A stretch of DNA of 24,000 nucleotides from Candidatus Gallilactobacillus intestinavium (GTDB taxonomy: Bacteria > Bacillota > Bacilli > Lactobacillales > Lactobacillaceae): the NCBI GenBank assembly GCA_017694665.1, contig JADIMP010000066.1:1-24000 (forward strand). Direction: 5' to 3'. The stretch's first letter is position 1. Each line of letters begins with the position of its first letter. A program made the position numbers and the translations under genes. Shown piece by piece: positions 1 to 8,577 of this stretch. The notes under the pieces were generated by a model. That model was not told the DNA's origin. It did no database searches and saw nothing but the letters and a program-made list of their open reading frames with translations.

Positions 1-33
1 CACTTTTAATAATTAATTTATTATGAGGAAATT

Positions 34-1149
34 ATGACTGTTAAAGAACGAAATTCTAATTTTGAATTTTTAAGAATAATTATGATGTTATTAATTGTGT
101 TTCATCATTCAATTGTTCATGGAGTTATTCCACAAGGTCCAAAATTAATATTTACTTTAAATAGAATATGGATACATGATTTTATTTGTTCTTGTTTTGC
201 GATGTTTGGCAAGATGGGAGTAGTTGTTTTTGTAATGATTTCAGGATTCTTTTTAGTTAAGTCTAACTTTTCTTACGGAAAAATGTTATCTAAGGTTTTA
301 AAAATTATTATACAAGTATATTTTTATTCTTTACTAATTTTTTTGTTTACTTGTTATTTCCATTTAATACCTATTAATGTTCATGTAATATTGCAAGCTG
401 TTTTTCCGTTTTTTTATAATACTTATTGGTTTGCGCTTGATTATTTATTATTGTACTTAGTTTATCCATATATCAATATTTTGATTAATAATTTAACTCA
501 GAAACAACATTTGATTTTGATTTTAATATTGATGTCATGTTTTACTATTGTTCCATTATTTGTATCGTCGTTTGTTAGTAATAGTACACTCGAAGCATTC
601 ATTCTTTTTGTAATGTTTTATATTATTGGAAGTTATATTAGGCTATATCCAATAAAAAATACCCTGTTTGATAAGAAAATGGGTAAATTTATATTTTTTA
701 TTACAATTGTAGTTACTATATTATTAATTTTGTTAAATGTTTATTTAGGTCAATACATTGGCAATATATCTTTTATTGATGAGAGTTTTAATATTACTGG
801 TCAATATAGTTTTTTAACTATAATTATGGCTGTTTCATTAATGTATTGGGTCAAGAACTGGCGTCCGCATACTAGTAAAACTATTAATTTTATTTCTGCA
901 ACAACATTTGGAGTCTATTTAATTCATGATAATCCAATCATGGAAACAGTTTTATGGAATAATTGGTTACATATGCCGACGTTATTTATGGAGCCTACTT
1001 TACATCTGATTTTAGTGGTTTTGGTGGTTTGTCCCATTGTTTTTATAGTTTGTTCCTTAATTGATAGCTTAAGGTTAATTATTTTTAATTTTGTTCAAAA
1101 ATTTTTTGTGGTTAAGAGTAATTGGAGGATACAAAACAATGTTAAATAA
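34..1149 (+). CDS. Membrane O-acyltransferase, acyltransferase family 3 (OafA/OatA-type membrane domain only, no SGNH domain)
   Basis: 371-aa ORF with a GAGGA Shine-Dalgarno (SD) sequence 5 nt upstream. The N-terminus NSNFEFLRIIMMLLIVFHH is the typical AT3 opening helix with conserved R and H. About 10 hydrophobic segments run throughout. The gene overlaps the next gene by 11 nt. Confidence 0.72.
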   Translation: MTVKERNSNFEFLRIIMMLLIVFHHSIVHGVIPQGPKLIFTLNRIWIHDFICSCFAMFGKMGVVVFVMISGFFLVKSNFSYGKMLSKVLKIIIQVYFYSLLIFLFTCYFHLIPINVHVILQAVFPFFYNTYWFALDYLLLYLVYPYINILINNLTQKQHLILILILMSCFTIVPLFVSSFVSNSTLEAFILFVMFYIIGSYIRLYPIKNTLFDKKMGKFIFFITIVVTILLILLNVYLGQYIGNISFIDESFNITGQYSFLTIIMAVSLMYWVKNWRPHTSKTINFISATTFGVYLIHDNPIMETVLWNNWLHMPTLFMEPTLHLILVVLVVCPIVFIVCSLIDSLRLIIFNFVQKFFVVKSNWRIQNNVK

Positions 1150-2941
1150 GATTATGGGGGGGAGAATAAAGCAGGAACATTATAAAAGTTTAGTTAAATT
1201 TTTATTTATATTTGTTTTATTTTTCATAATAACTATTGCAGCTTTTTATACACAGTTCAAATATAGACAGTTTCAGCTTAGAGCTGATGCATTTTTTCAT
1301 TTAAATAGAGTAGAAGAAATTTATCAAAATTTAAAACATGGAACACTTTTAACATTTATTGCTACGCATACATTTCAAAAAACTGGAGTTGGTAATTTCT
1401 TATTTTATCCTGATGTGTTTTTGTATCCCTTAGCTTTATTAAGATTTATTTTTCATCCAGTAACTGCGTTTTACTTGTGGGATGGATTTATTTTATTTTT
1501 AACTTTTATTATTAGTTATTTCTGTATGCAAGATTACTCTCACGATAGTTTACGTAGTTTTTTATTTGCATTAATTTATGGATTAGCAACTTATCATATT
1601 TATTTAGGACAGTGTGATTTTGTTCTAGGAGAATATTTAGCTTACACTTTTTTGCCATTAGTTGTGTTAGGTATGTATCATGTTGTTTTTATGAATAAGA
1701 ATAAATGGTATATATTGGCGATTGGAATGGCATTAATTACATACTGTCATCTTTTAACTGTATATATTATGACCATTTTTTGTGGATTATTTGCTATTTT
1801 GTCATTATTTTATACTAATTGGTTGAAAGAGTCTGGAAGAATATTGGCTATCGTTAAGTCTATTGGTTTATATATATTATTAACTGGTTGGATATTTGTC
1901 CCGTTTTTAACTGATTATATTGGACGAAATATTCAAGTTCCTGCAAATGGATTTATCATTTTATATTCTTTAAAACAAATGATAAATAATTCTTTAGATG
2001 CACAATTAGCTGTCACAAATCATTCTGTTGGGATAATAGCAATTTTGACTGCTTTAATAGGCTGGTTTTTTGTTAGAAAAAATAAACAAGAGCAAACAAC
2101 TTATGTTATAGGAACTGTTTAACTTTTATTGACAACTACTTTTGTTCCATATTATAGAATGATGCGGATACATTTTTGGGTTAAATCTGTCGGATTGATT
2201 CAATTTCCTTATAGATTGTTAAGTTTAGTAACATTATTTTTATCGATTAGTGCATCATATATTTTATTAAAATTCATTCGTAATGCCCAAAAGAGAAAAA
2301 GCCAAATCGGATTATTAATTTTAACCTTAAGTATGATAATAATTTGTTATTATTCAGAACAATCACCTGTAATAGAACATATTTATCCTAATAGCGAACA
2401 AACTTTATTACCTAAATCTAAAATCCCTAATTCTGAGGCTCAATTATTAAAAGACGCTACTAATAAGTTAGTTAATAATCAAAATTATCATAATATTTTT
2501 GATTATGAAGTTTTATATGGAGAAACGGATTATTATTTACGTTCTGCATTTGATGTTAATCCAAATAAGGGATCTTTTGCTCCAAAAGCTTTATCTATTT
2601 GCCAACATATATCTTACATTAATCAGAAACAAAGTATAATTAATCCGATATCTAGTGGTAATAAATTGATTTATATGTTTACGTTAAATAAAAGAAGTAA
2701 AGTTAATTTGCCTGTAATTGCTTATCATAATACGAAAGTTTATGATAATGGCCAGTTAATAGATAAAAAAATAAGTAATAGAGGTACGGTTTTAGTTCAT
2801 TTAAACCATGGATATCATAAATTATTAGTTTGTTATAGTCCAAACTTTATGTATTACATAATGTTATTTATTGCTATTTTTACATGGATTATTTTATTAA
2901 TTATTTATTTTAAACAATCAGTGATTAATCTTAATATTTAG
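1139..2941 (+). pseudogene. Large polytopic membrane protein, GT-C-like (YfhO/PTPS-related-like) putative glycopolymer glycosyltransferase, interrupted by an in-frame TAA at 2120-2122. Fragments are 1139..2122 and 2129..2941.
   Basis: Track ORFs 1091..2122 and 2129..2941 share one reading frame (offset 1038 nt = 346 codons). The likely start is ATG 1139, with GGAGG at 1124-1128. The product aligns collinearly with the 13369..15033 protein across the stop codon, for example DAFFHLNRVEEIYQNLKHG vs DIAYHFNRINELVYDIRHG, HSVGIIAILTALIGWFFVRK vs YTVGLIGLIIIILGIIFYKR, and GLIQFPYRLLSL vs NVIQFMFRILGI. Confidence 0.6.
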
Positions 2942-3034
2942 ATTGATAAAATCAGTTAAAATTAATTTATTTACTAATAATTTATTTATTATATAATCTA
3001 ATTGTACGTATTTTAATCTTGAAGGAGAATTTTA

Positions 3035-3475
3035 ATGAAAAAAGTATATTTAGCTGGACCATTTTTTGATGATGAACAAATTGAACGTATTGAAAGAGTA
3101 GAAAAAGCTTTAGATAATAATGCGACTGTTAGTGAATATTTTAGTCCTCGTAAGCATCAGCATGATGATTTAAAATTTGGTAGTCCGGAATGGCAAGATG
3201 TTGTTTATAAAGGTGATGTTCAACATGTAGAAGATGCAGATGTGATCGTAGCAATAGCTGATTTTATTGATGATTCTGTTGATAGTGGAACAGCTTTTGA
3301 AATTGGTTATGCAGCAGCTAAAAATAAAAAAATTGTTTTGCTACATGAAAAAGACAGTATAGTTAATTTGATGCTAGCCCAATCTTTAACTACATACATT
3401 GATGATTTTAGTGAATTAAAAAATCTGAATTTAGATAATTTGCCAAATAAAAAATATACTGGAGAAATTGTATAA
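3035..3475 (+). CDS. Nucleoside 2-deoxyribosyltransferase (NDT/PTD family)
   Basis: GAAGGAG SD sequence. The N-terminus is KVYLAGPFF, the catalytic-Glu motif is DSGTAFEIGYA, and VNLMLAQSLTTYID plus the C-terminal YTGEIV resemble Lactobacillus NDT/PTD enzymes recalled from memory. Confidence 0.8.
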   Translation: MKKVYLAGPFFDDEQIERIERVEKALDNNATVSEYFSPRKHQHDDLKFGSPEWQDVVYKGDVQHVEDADVIVAIADFIDDSVDSGTAFEIGYAAAKNKKIVLLHEKDSIVNLMLAQSLTTYIDDFSELKNLNLDNLPNKKYTGEIV

Positions 3476-3490
3476 TTAAAGTATGAAGAA

Positions 3491-3525
3491 GAGTACTAGT
3501 TAAATAACTAGTACTTATTTTTTTG
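3491..3525 (+). terminator. Rho-independent terminator after the deoxyribosyltransferase gene
   Basis: An 11-bp stem (gagtactagtt / aactagtactt) has a 4-nt loop aaat and is followed by atttttttg. Confidence 0.6.
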
Positions 3526-3583
3526 ATTTAATTTTTTATATCTGTATTATTAATAGATAAAGAAAGATGTTGAGGTTTTATTA

Positions 3584-3835
3584 ATGAATAAAAAATTAAG
3601 TGAAGATGAATTAATTAATAGAATTAATGAATTAGCACATAAACAAAAAAAAGATAGCTTAACTGATGATGAAAAAAGTGAACAAAAAAAACTGCGACAA
3701 CAATTTTTAGCTAATTTTCGTGAATCTTTTAAATCTCAAATTGAAATGATGCAAATTTATGATAAAAATGGTAAAGAAGTAACTCCTGAAAAGGTAAAAG
3801 AAATACAAAGAAAAAAGGGGTTACGTGACGATTAA
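3584..3835 (+). CDS. UPF0291/DUF896 small protein (YnzC-like)
   Basis: 83 aa. The sequence LSEDELINRINELAHKQKKDSLTDDEKSEQKKLRQQFLANFRESFKSQIE matches the conserved helical-hairpin pattern of the YnzC family. Confidence 0.75.
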   Translation: MNKKLSEDELINRINELAHKQKKDSLTDDEKSEQKKLRQQFLANFRESFKSQIEMMQIYDKNGKEVTPEKVKEIQRKKGLRDD

Positions 3836-3914
3836 TTTTTAAAATATCTTTAAAATATTAAAAGAATTGTGTATTATGAATCATTGTAAGATTTAATTAG
3901 AAAAGGGGAGTTAT

Positions 3915-4142
3915 ATGCCAACTTTTGGATGGATTATAATTATTATTGTTGCATTATTAGCAGGATTAGTTGGTGGATTTTTCTTAGCTAGACATTATAT
4001 GCAAAATTACTTCAAAGATAACCCACCTATTGATGAAAATATGTTACGAACAATGATGGTTCAAATGGGTCAGAAACCTTCTGAAAAGAAAATTAGACAA
4101 ATGGCTCAAGCAATGAAAAATCAAGCTAAAAAAGTTAAATAA
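3915..4142 (+). CDS. UPF0154 single-pass membrane protein (YneF-like)
   Basis: 75 aa with a GGGGAG SD sequence. An N-terminal TM helix is followed by ARHYMQNYFKDNPPIDENMLRTMMVQMGQKPSEKKIRQM, the hallmark of the YneF family. Confidence 0.75.
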   Translation: MPTFGWIIIIIVALLAGLVGGFFLARHYMQNYFKDNPPIDENMLRTMMVQMGQKPSEKKIRQMAQAMKNQAKKVK

Positions 4143-4188
4143 AAAAGAAGCTAAGATAATTATGTTATACATTATCTTAGCTTCTTTT
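4143..4188. terminator. Bidirectional rho-independent terminator between convergent genes
   Basis: A perfect 18-bp inverted repeat pairs aaaagaagctaagataat (4143-4160) with attatcttagcttctttt (4171-4188) around a 10-nt loop. A/T runs flank both sides. Confidence 0.8.
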
Positions 4189-4779
4189 TTAATCTTTAAA
4201 AGAGGGATCTATTTCTAGATCTAATTTTTTAAATTGTTCATTTAGAGTATTAAGGATTTGTTCGTTATCACTATCTTTATTTAAGTAAATTGGTTTACCA
4301 AAATTAACAGTTGTTTGTTGACGTGTAAATAATTTTTTAAATGATAATGGTCCTTGATATACTGTTGGAATAAGTGGAACGTTTGCCATTTTAGCAATGA
4401 TTAAAGCACCGGCTTTTAACTTTTTTGAATAGCGGGTTCCGGAAGGAAATATAATTGTTGATAATTTTCCTTCTTTTAAAATCTTTACTGGTGTCTTAAT
4501 AGCTGAAGGACCAGGATTTTGTCGGTTAACTGGATATGCATGAACGTGATTTAAAATAAATCTGATCAATGGATTTTTAAATAATTCTTGTTTAGCCATA
4601 AAAGAAAATTCTTTAGGAGAGGCAGCTAATGCAAAAAATATTGGATCAAACCATGTTCGATGTGGACCAACAAGAATATAAGATTCTTTAGGTAGATTTT
4701 GTTTATTTAAATATTTTGGTTTTCCATTAATTAAATAGACAAAATATTTAATAATAAATCTTGCAAAACGGTAAAACAT
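4189..4779 (-). CDS. plsC: 1-acyl-sn-glycerol-3-phosphate acyltransferase (LPLAT family)
   Basis: 196 aa with an AAGGAG SD sequence. It carries the HX4D motif (PHRTWFD) and the FPSGTR acyl-acceptor motif. Its size is similar to B. subtilis PlsC. Confidence 0.75.
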   Translation of the reverse strand: MFYRFARFIIKYFVYLINGKPKYLNKQNLPKESYILVGPHRTWFDPIFFALAASPKEFSFMAKQELFKNPLIRFILNHVHAYPVNRQNPGPSAIKTPVKILKEGKLSTIIFPSGTRYSKKLKAGALIIAKMANVPLIPTVYQGPLSFKKLFTRQQTTVNFGKPIYLNKDSDNEQILNTLNEQFKKLDLEIDPSFKD

Positions 4780-4847
4780 AAAAGTCTCCTTAATAGTTCA
4801 TAGGGTTAACTATATTTATTATATTTTATTTTTATTACTTTTGCTAT

Positions 4848-4886
4848 ATAAAGAAAGGCCACCTTATAAATATATAAGATGACCTT
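4848..4886 (-). terminator. Rho-independent terminator downstream of the OPT / PqqD-like operon
   Basis: A roughly 14-bp stem spans 4855-4868 and 4874-4886. It is fully paired only in the minus-strand RNA, where two positions become G-U pairs. A U-rich tract (uucuuuauaua) follows. Confidence 0.5.
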
Positions 4887-4894
4887 ATAAATTA

Positions 4895-5254
4895 CTAGTA
4901 ATTTATTAATTGAATTATATGTTCATTTACATCTAAGTGGTGTAAATATAATACCAGTCGATCATATAAATTTTCATTGGCTTCGGAAAATTTATTTTTT
5001 AATATTTGTCCTATTTCATAAACACTTTTTTTACCATCAATCTGTTGAACAATAAAACTACCATATTTATCTAAGTCTAAATATGTTTTTTGAGGGATAT
5101 TGAAGGATAGTTTACGTAAAAAATTTTGAATAGGATGATTTTGGATGCGAATGATAGTAATAATACCTTGCTCATTTAGTGAATAGTGAATGGAAGGATT
5201 AATTTGAAAAACCATTTGTTTTAAATCTTGAACTGTTAATTGTTTACGTTGCAT
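4895..5254 (-). CDS. PqqD-family (RRE-like peptide-binding fold) small protein
   Basis: 119 aa. LDKYGSFIVQQIDGKKSVYEIGQILKNKFSEANENLYDRLVLYLHHLDVNEHI follows the PqqD pattern (LD..G..iw..cDG..tv.eI...l...f......y.rl..fl..L). The start codon lies 1 nt after the OPT stop codon. Confidence 0.6.
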   Translation of the reverse strand: MQRKQLTVQDLKQMVFQINPSIHYSLNEQGIITIIRIQNHPIQNFLRKLSFNIPQKTYLDLDKYGSFIVQQIDGKKSVYEIGQILKNKFSEANENLYDRLVLYLHHLDVNEHIIQLINY

Positions 5255-5255
5255 A

Positions 5256-7178
5256 TTATTTTTGTGATTTGTTATTTTTTATATTGTAAATTGGTATTAA
5301 TATGCTGATAAGCATGATTACTAATAAAATCGTTGCAGTAATATTTGATGCAGCAAAACCATGTGGTATTTTGTTTGGTAAAATACCTGATACATGTAAA
5401 ATAATACCTACTAAACCAATAATAGAACTACCAGCAATTAATCCAGAAGATAAACCAATTCCACCCTGAGTTCGGCGATCTTTTAAATTAGAATCTTTAG
5501 TTGTTTTGTCAACCAATAATCTTAAAAGTGCTCCTATTAAAATAATAGAGGTTGTAGAAATAGGTAAATAAAAGCCTAAAGCAAAGGTCATAATTGGAAT
5601 ATCTATCATCCATAATACTAATGCCATTACTGCTCCAGCTATAATCATAACCCAAGGCAATTTACCAGACATAATACCAGAAGTTAAGGTTGCTATTAGA
5701 TTAGCTTGTGGCAAAGCAAACGGCGGATTAGAACCACTTATTTTTAGTTGTGGAGTAAGTAATACAGTTAATCCGATAATTACAATGACACCTACGATAC
5801 TTGATAAGATGTATCGTTTCATCATTTCTTTGTTGGATCCTCCAATGACGAAGTTAACTTTTTGAGTTTGTGAGTAACCACTTGCAATAGCGATTGCTGT
5901 TACAACAAACACACCAAATAATAGTAAGATAGAAGTACTTAATTTATCTGTCCATCCCATAATTAAAAATACTAGCGTCATGATAACTAAGGAGGCAATA
6001 GTCATTCCTGAAATAGGATTATTAGAATGACCAATTGTTCCAGCTAAACGAGCAGAAACGATAATAAATAAAAATGAAAAAGCTAGTGCTAAAATAGCAC
6101 CAATTAATCCCATTACAAAAGTTTTTGAAATTATAAAGCCAGTAATAAAAGCTAAAATTGTTGCAATTATTAAAGATAAAATACCAATAATGTTTTTATT
6201 ATCATTATTTTGATCTTTGTTAGCATTAATTGTTTGCTTAATAGAATTAATAATAGTAGGGATTAATTTTACAGCACCGATAATTCCTCCACATAGCATC
6301 ATACCAGCACCGATATATTTGGTATATGAACCAACAATATCATCAACTGACATATGTGCTAATGATAATGAAGTGTTATTCCAAACATGAGCATGAACTG
6401 CAAAATGTGCGAAGTAACTAAGTAAGGGAACAATAGCAAAATTAGCTAAAATTGTTCCAGCAAAAACAACTAGGGCAACATCTAATCCAACAACATAACC
6501 AATACCGGCTAGCATGGGATTAGCTTGAGTAGAATATTTCCAAGCATAAAATTTATTATTTACTAAAGTAATTGTATCGTTAATCCAACCGAATACTTGT
6601 GTGGTTAAGGCAGTAATAATCCCACCAATACTAAAACCTATTCCCATCATTTTTAAAGTTTCACCACCAGCATCAGAGGCTACTAATGCTTCTGAAATGG
6701 CCATTGATTCAGGATAGATTAATTTACCATGTTCTTGGACTAATAAATAATTTTGGACTAAAGATGTTCCACCAATAGCAAATAAAACGGCAGCAATACC
6801 TACTAATACACCTTGCCAAAAATGTACCTTACTACCAATTAAAATAATTGCTGGTAAAACATAAATCATTCCACTAGCAACGGCTTCTCCACCACTAGAC
6901 ATTCCTTGTAAAATATTAGCACCTAAAATGCCTTGTTTTTTACTAAAAATACTAATAAGACCAGATCCTAAAATTGCTCCAGGAATACCAGCTGATACTG
7001 TTAATCCAGCTTTCATTCCAGAATAAGCAGTTGAAGCAGCAAAAACAGCTGCTAAAATAATTCCAATGATGATGGTCGTTTTATTACTAATGTTTTTAGT
7101 ATTACCGTCTGTTACATACGGTGTATAATCTTTTCCATCAATTCCTCCGTATGCTGATTTGGAAAGTGATTTTTTCAT
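5256..7178 (-). CDS. OPT-family oligopeptide transporter
   Basis: About 640 aa with 16 or more hydrophobic segments. The N-terminal YTPYV...TTIIIGIILAAVFAASTAYSGMKAGLTVSAGIPGAILG is typical of bacterial OPT (PF03169-type) proteins. I place the start at ATG 7178 (GAGGAG SD sequence) rather than the track start at 7229. Confidence 0.85.
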   Translation of the reverse strand: MKKSLSKSAYGGIDGKDYTPYVTDGNTKNISNKTTIIIGIILAAVFAASTAYSGMKAGLTVSAGIPGAILGSGLISIFSKKQGILGANILQGMSSGGEAVASGMIYVLPAIILIGSKVHFWQGVLVGIAAVLFAIGGTSLVQNYLLVQEHGKLIYPESMAISEALVASDAGGETLKMMGIGFSIGGIITALTTQVFGWINDTITLVNNKFYAWKYSTQANPMLAGIGYVVGLDVALVVFAGTILANFAIVPLLSYFAHFAVHAHVWNNTSLSLAHMSVDDIVGSYTKYIGAGMMLCGGIIGAVKLIPTIINSIKQTINANKDQNNDNKNIIGILSLIIATILAFITGFIISKTFVMGLIGAILALAFSFLFIIVSARLAGTIGHSNNPISGMTIASLVIMTLVFLIMGWTDKLSTSILLLFGVFVVTAIAIASGYSQTQKVNFVIGGSNKEMMKRYILSSIVGVIVIIGLTVLLTPQLKISGSNPPFALPQANLIATLTSGIMSGKLPWVMIIAGAVMALVLWMIDIPIMTFALGFYLPISTTSIILIGALLRLLVDKTTKDSNLKDRRTQGGIGLSSGLIAGSSIIGLVGIILHVSGILPNKIPHGFAASNITATILLVIMLISILIPIYNIKNNKSQK

Positions 7179-7284
7179 AATAATTTCTCCTCGAAAAATC
7201 CTTAATAATTTAAAACTTGTAAAGTACAAATATATAACATATTATCAATAATTAGACTAATTGTGAATTAAAATAGGAATTGTT

Positions 7285-8037
7285 ATGGATGTAAAATTGA
7301 ATCCTGATGAAAGAATTGATCAATTATATAGTTCTAATATTCAAATAATTCAAAATAAGAAAACGTTTAGTTTTTCTATTGATGCTGTTTTATTAGCTGA
7401 TTTTGCCAAACCAGATAGAAGGAGACGAGGAATAACGGTAGACCTCTGTGCTGGTAATGGTGCAGTTGGATTGTTTTTTAGCAAAAAAACTAAAGGATTA
7501 ATTCATGAAATTGAAATTCAACCTTATTTGGCTGATTTAGCACAACGTTCAATTAAGTTAAATCATTTAGAACAACAAATTGATGTTTTAAATATCGATT
7601 TAATTAATAGTTTAGAAAAGATTAAGCCAGATACTGTTAGTACAGTTTTATGCAATCCACCTTATTTTAAAAATTTATCTAGTTCTATTAAAAATGATAA
7701 TCAATATTATGCTATTGCCCGTCATGAAATAAAAACTGATTTAGAAAAGGTTATTTATATAACTTCTAAGTTGTTGAAAATGACGGGACATGCATATTTT
7801 GTTTTTCGTACAGATCGGTTTTTAGAAATGATGCAATTATTAATAAAATATCAATTGGCTCCTAAAACAGTACAATTTATTTATCCAAAGCCAGGTAAGA
7901 ATGCGGATATGTTTTTAATTGATGCTATTAAAAATGGAAAACAAACGGGTTTTAAAATTTTATCTTCTATTACTTTAGCTGATGATGAAGGAAATTATGT
8001 TGGTTATGTTAAAAAGATATTATATGGTGAACAATGA
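7285..8037 (+). CDS. SAM-dependent methyltransferase, YabB/TrmN6-like (tRNA1(Val) adenine-N6 methyltransferase family)
   Basis: 250 aa with SAM motif I ([11 protein letters not shown]) and the N6-adenine motif IV (NPPYF). It has the conserved pairing with a downstream GIY-YIG gene, as in B. subtilis yabB-yazA. Confidence 0.7.
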   Translation: MDVKLNPDERIDQLYSSNIQIIQNKKTFSFSIDAVLLADFAKPDRRRRGITVDLCAGNGAVGLFFSKKTKGLIHEIEIQPYLADLAQRSIKLNHLEQQIDVLNIDLINSLEKIKPDTVSTVLCNPPYFKNLSSSIKNDNQYYAIARHEIKTDLEKVIYITSKLLKMTGHAYFVFRTDRFLEMMQLLIKYQLAPKTVQFIYPKPGKNADMFLIDAIKNGKQTGFKILSSITLADDEGNYVGYVKKILYGEQ

Positions 8038-8306
8038 ATAAAAATTATTACATGTATGTTTTGTTATGTGCTGACAATACTTTATATTGTGGATTTACAG
8101 ATAATGTTGAAAAAAGATTAGCTACTCATCAAGCTGGTAAAGGAGCTAAGTATACACGACCATATTTTAGGCATCCATTAAAGTTAATTTATTATGAAAA
8201 ATTTAATAATAAATCGGCTGCTTTAAAAGCAGAATATCAGTTTAAACATCAAACGAAAAAACAAAAATTGATATATTTAAGAGAACATGGTGTTAACTTG
8301 TATTAA
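8034..8306 (+). CDS. GIY-YIG domain protein (UPF0213, YazA-like)
   Basis: 90 aa. [37 protein letters not shown] is the GIY-YIG core. An ATGA start/stop overlap links it to the methyltransferase gene. Confidence 0.8.
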   Translation: MNKNYYMYVLLCADNTLYCGFTDNVEKRLATHQAGKGAKYTRPYFRHPLKLIYYEKFNNKSAALKAEYQFKHQTKKQKLIYLREHGVNLY

Positions 8307-8357
8307 GGTAATTGTTAACTTATTAAGTGTAAAGTTATATGTCAGTAAATAATATAA

Positions 8358-8524
8358 GAAGCATTCATTTTATCGAATGGTGTTATCCTTGTCGAATTTA
8401 TTCAAAATGCAGTTTTAGAAAAAATTGAATATTGTTTGGATTATCAAGACGCCGTTGGGCTATACTCGAATTTGATGGGAAGACAGTGTCTAGCGAAGAA
8501 ATTGGCCGAAGATTAGTTCTATAA
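8358..8524 (+). pseudogene. Relic of a ribbon-helix-helix (RelB/DinJ/DUF6290-like) antitoxin gene, N-terminally truncated and frameshifted
   Basis: One frame reads EAFILSNGVILVEFIQNAVLEKIEYCLDYQDAVGLY. After an apparent 1-nt loss near 8466 the next frame reads (L)EFDGKTVSSEEIGRRLVL*. Together these resemble the C-terminal two thirds of small antitoxins (..sEFIrNAvlEKIEde.dl....y..dgkt.s.eEi...lgl). There is no start codon, and stop codons lie upstream at 8346 and 8355. The segment is locally GC-richer than its surroundings. Confidence 0.45.
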
Positions 8525-8544
8525 TATATTCTTAATTTAGAAAC

Positions 8545-8577
8545 AAAAAGGAGAAGTTATATAAACTTTTCCTTTTT
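8545..8577. terminator. Bidirectional terminator immediately 3' of the MFS gene
   Basis: A 14-bp stem pairs aaaaaggagaagtt with aacttttccttttt around a 5-nt loop. T-runs lie on both sides, and the stem abuts the MFS stop codon at 8579-8581. Confidence 0.55.

Noticed and set aside
1091-1138. N-terminal extensions in the ORF track (1091 vs 1139; also 7229 vs 7178 and 17418 vs 17436)
   Set aside because: In each case a downstream ATG has a properly spaced GGAGG/GAGGAG/AGGAG and yields a typical N-terminus. The upstream starts lack ribosome-binding sites and lie inside the preceding gene or its spacer.
7285-8306. An overlapping N6-adenine methyltransferase (NPPY) plus GIY-YIG nuclease-fold pair, which superficially resembles a restriction-modification or defence module
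   Set aside because: The pair matches the widely conserved housekeeping yabB-yazA arrangement of Firmicutes: a TrmN6-like tRNA methyltransferase plus a 90-aa UPF0213 protein. The GIY-YIG protein is a bare about 90-aa domain with no DNA-recognition module, and there is no specificity subunit.
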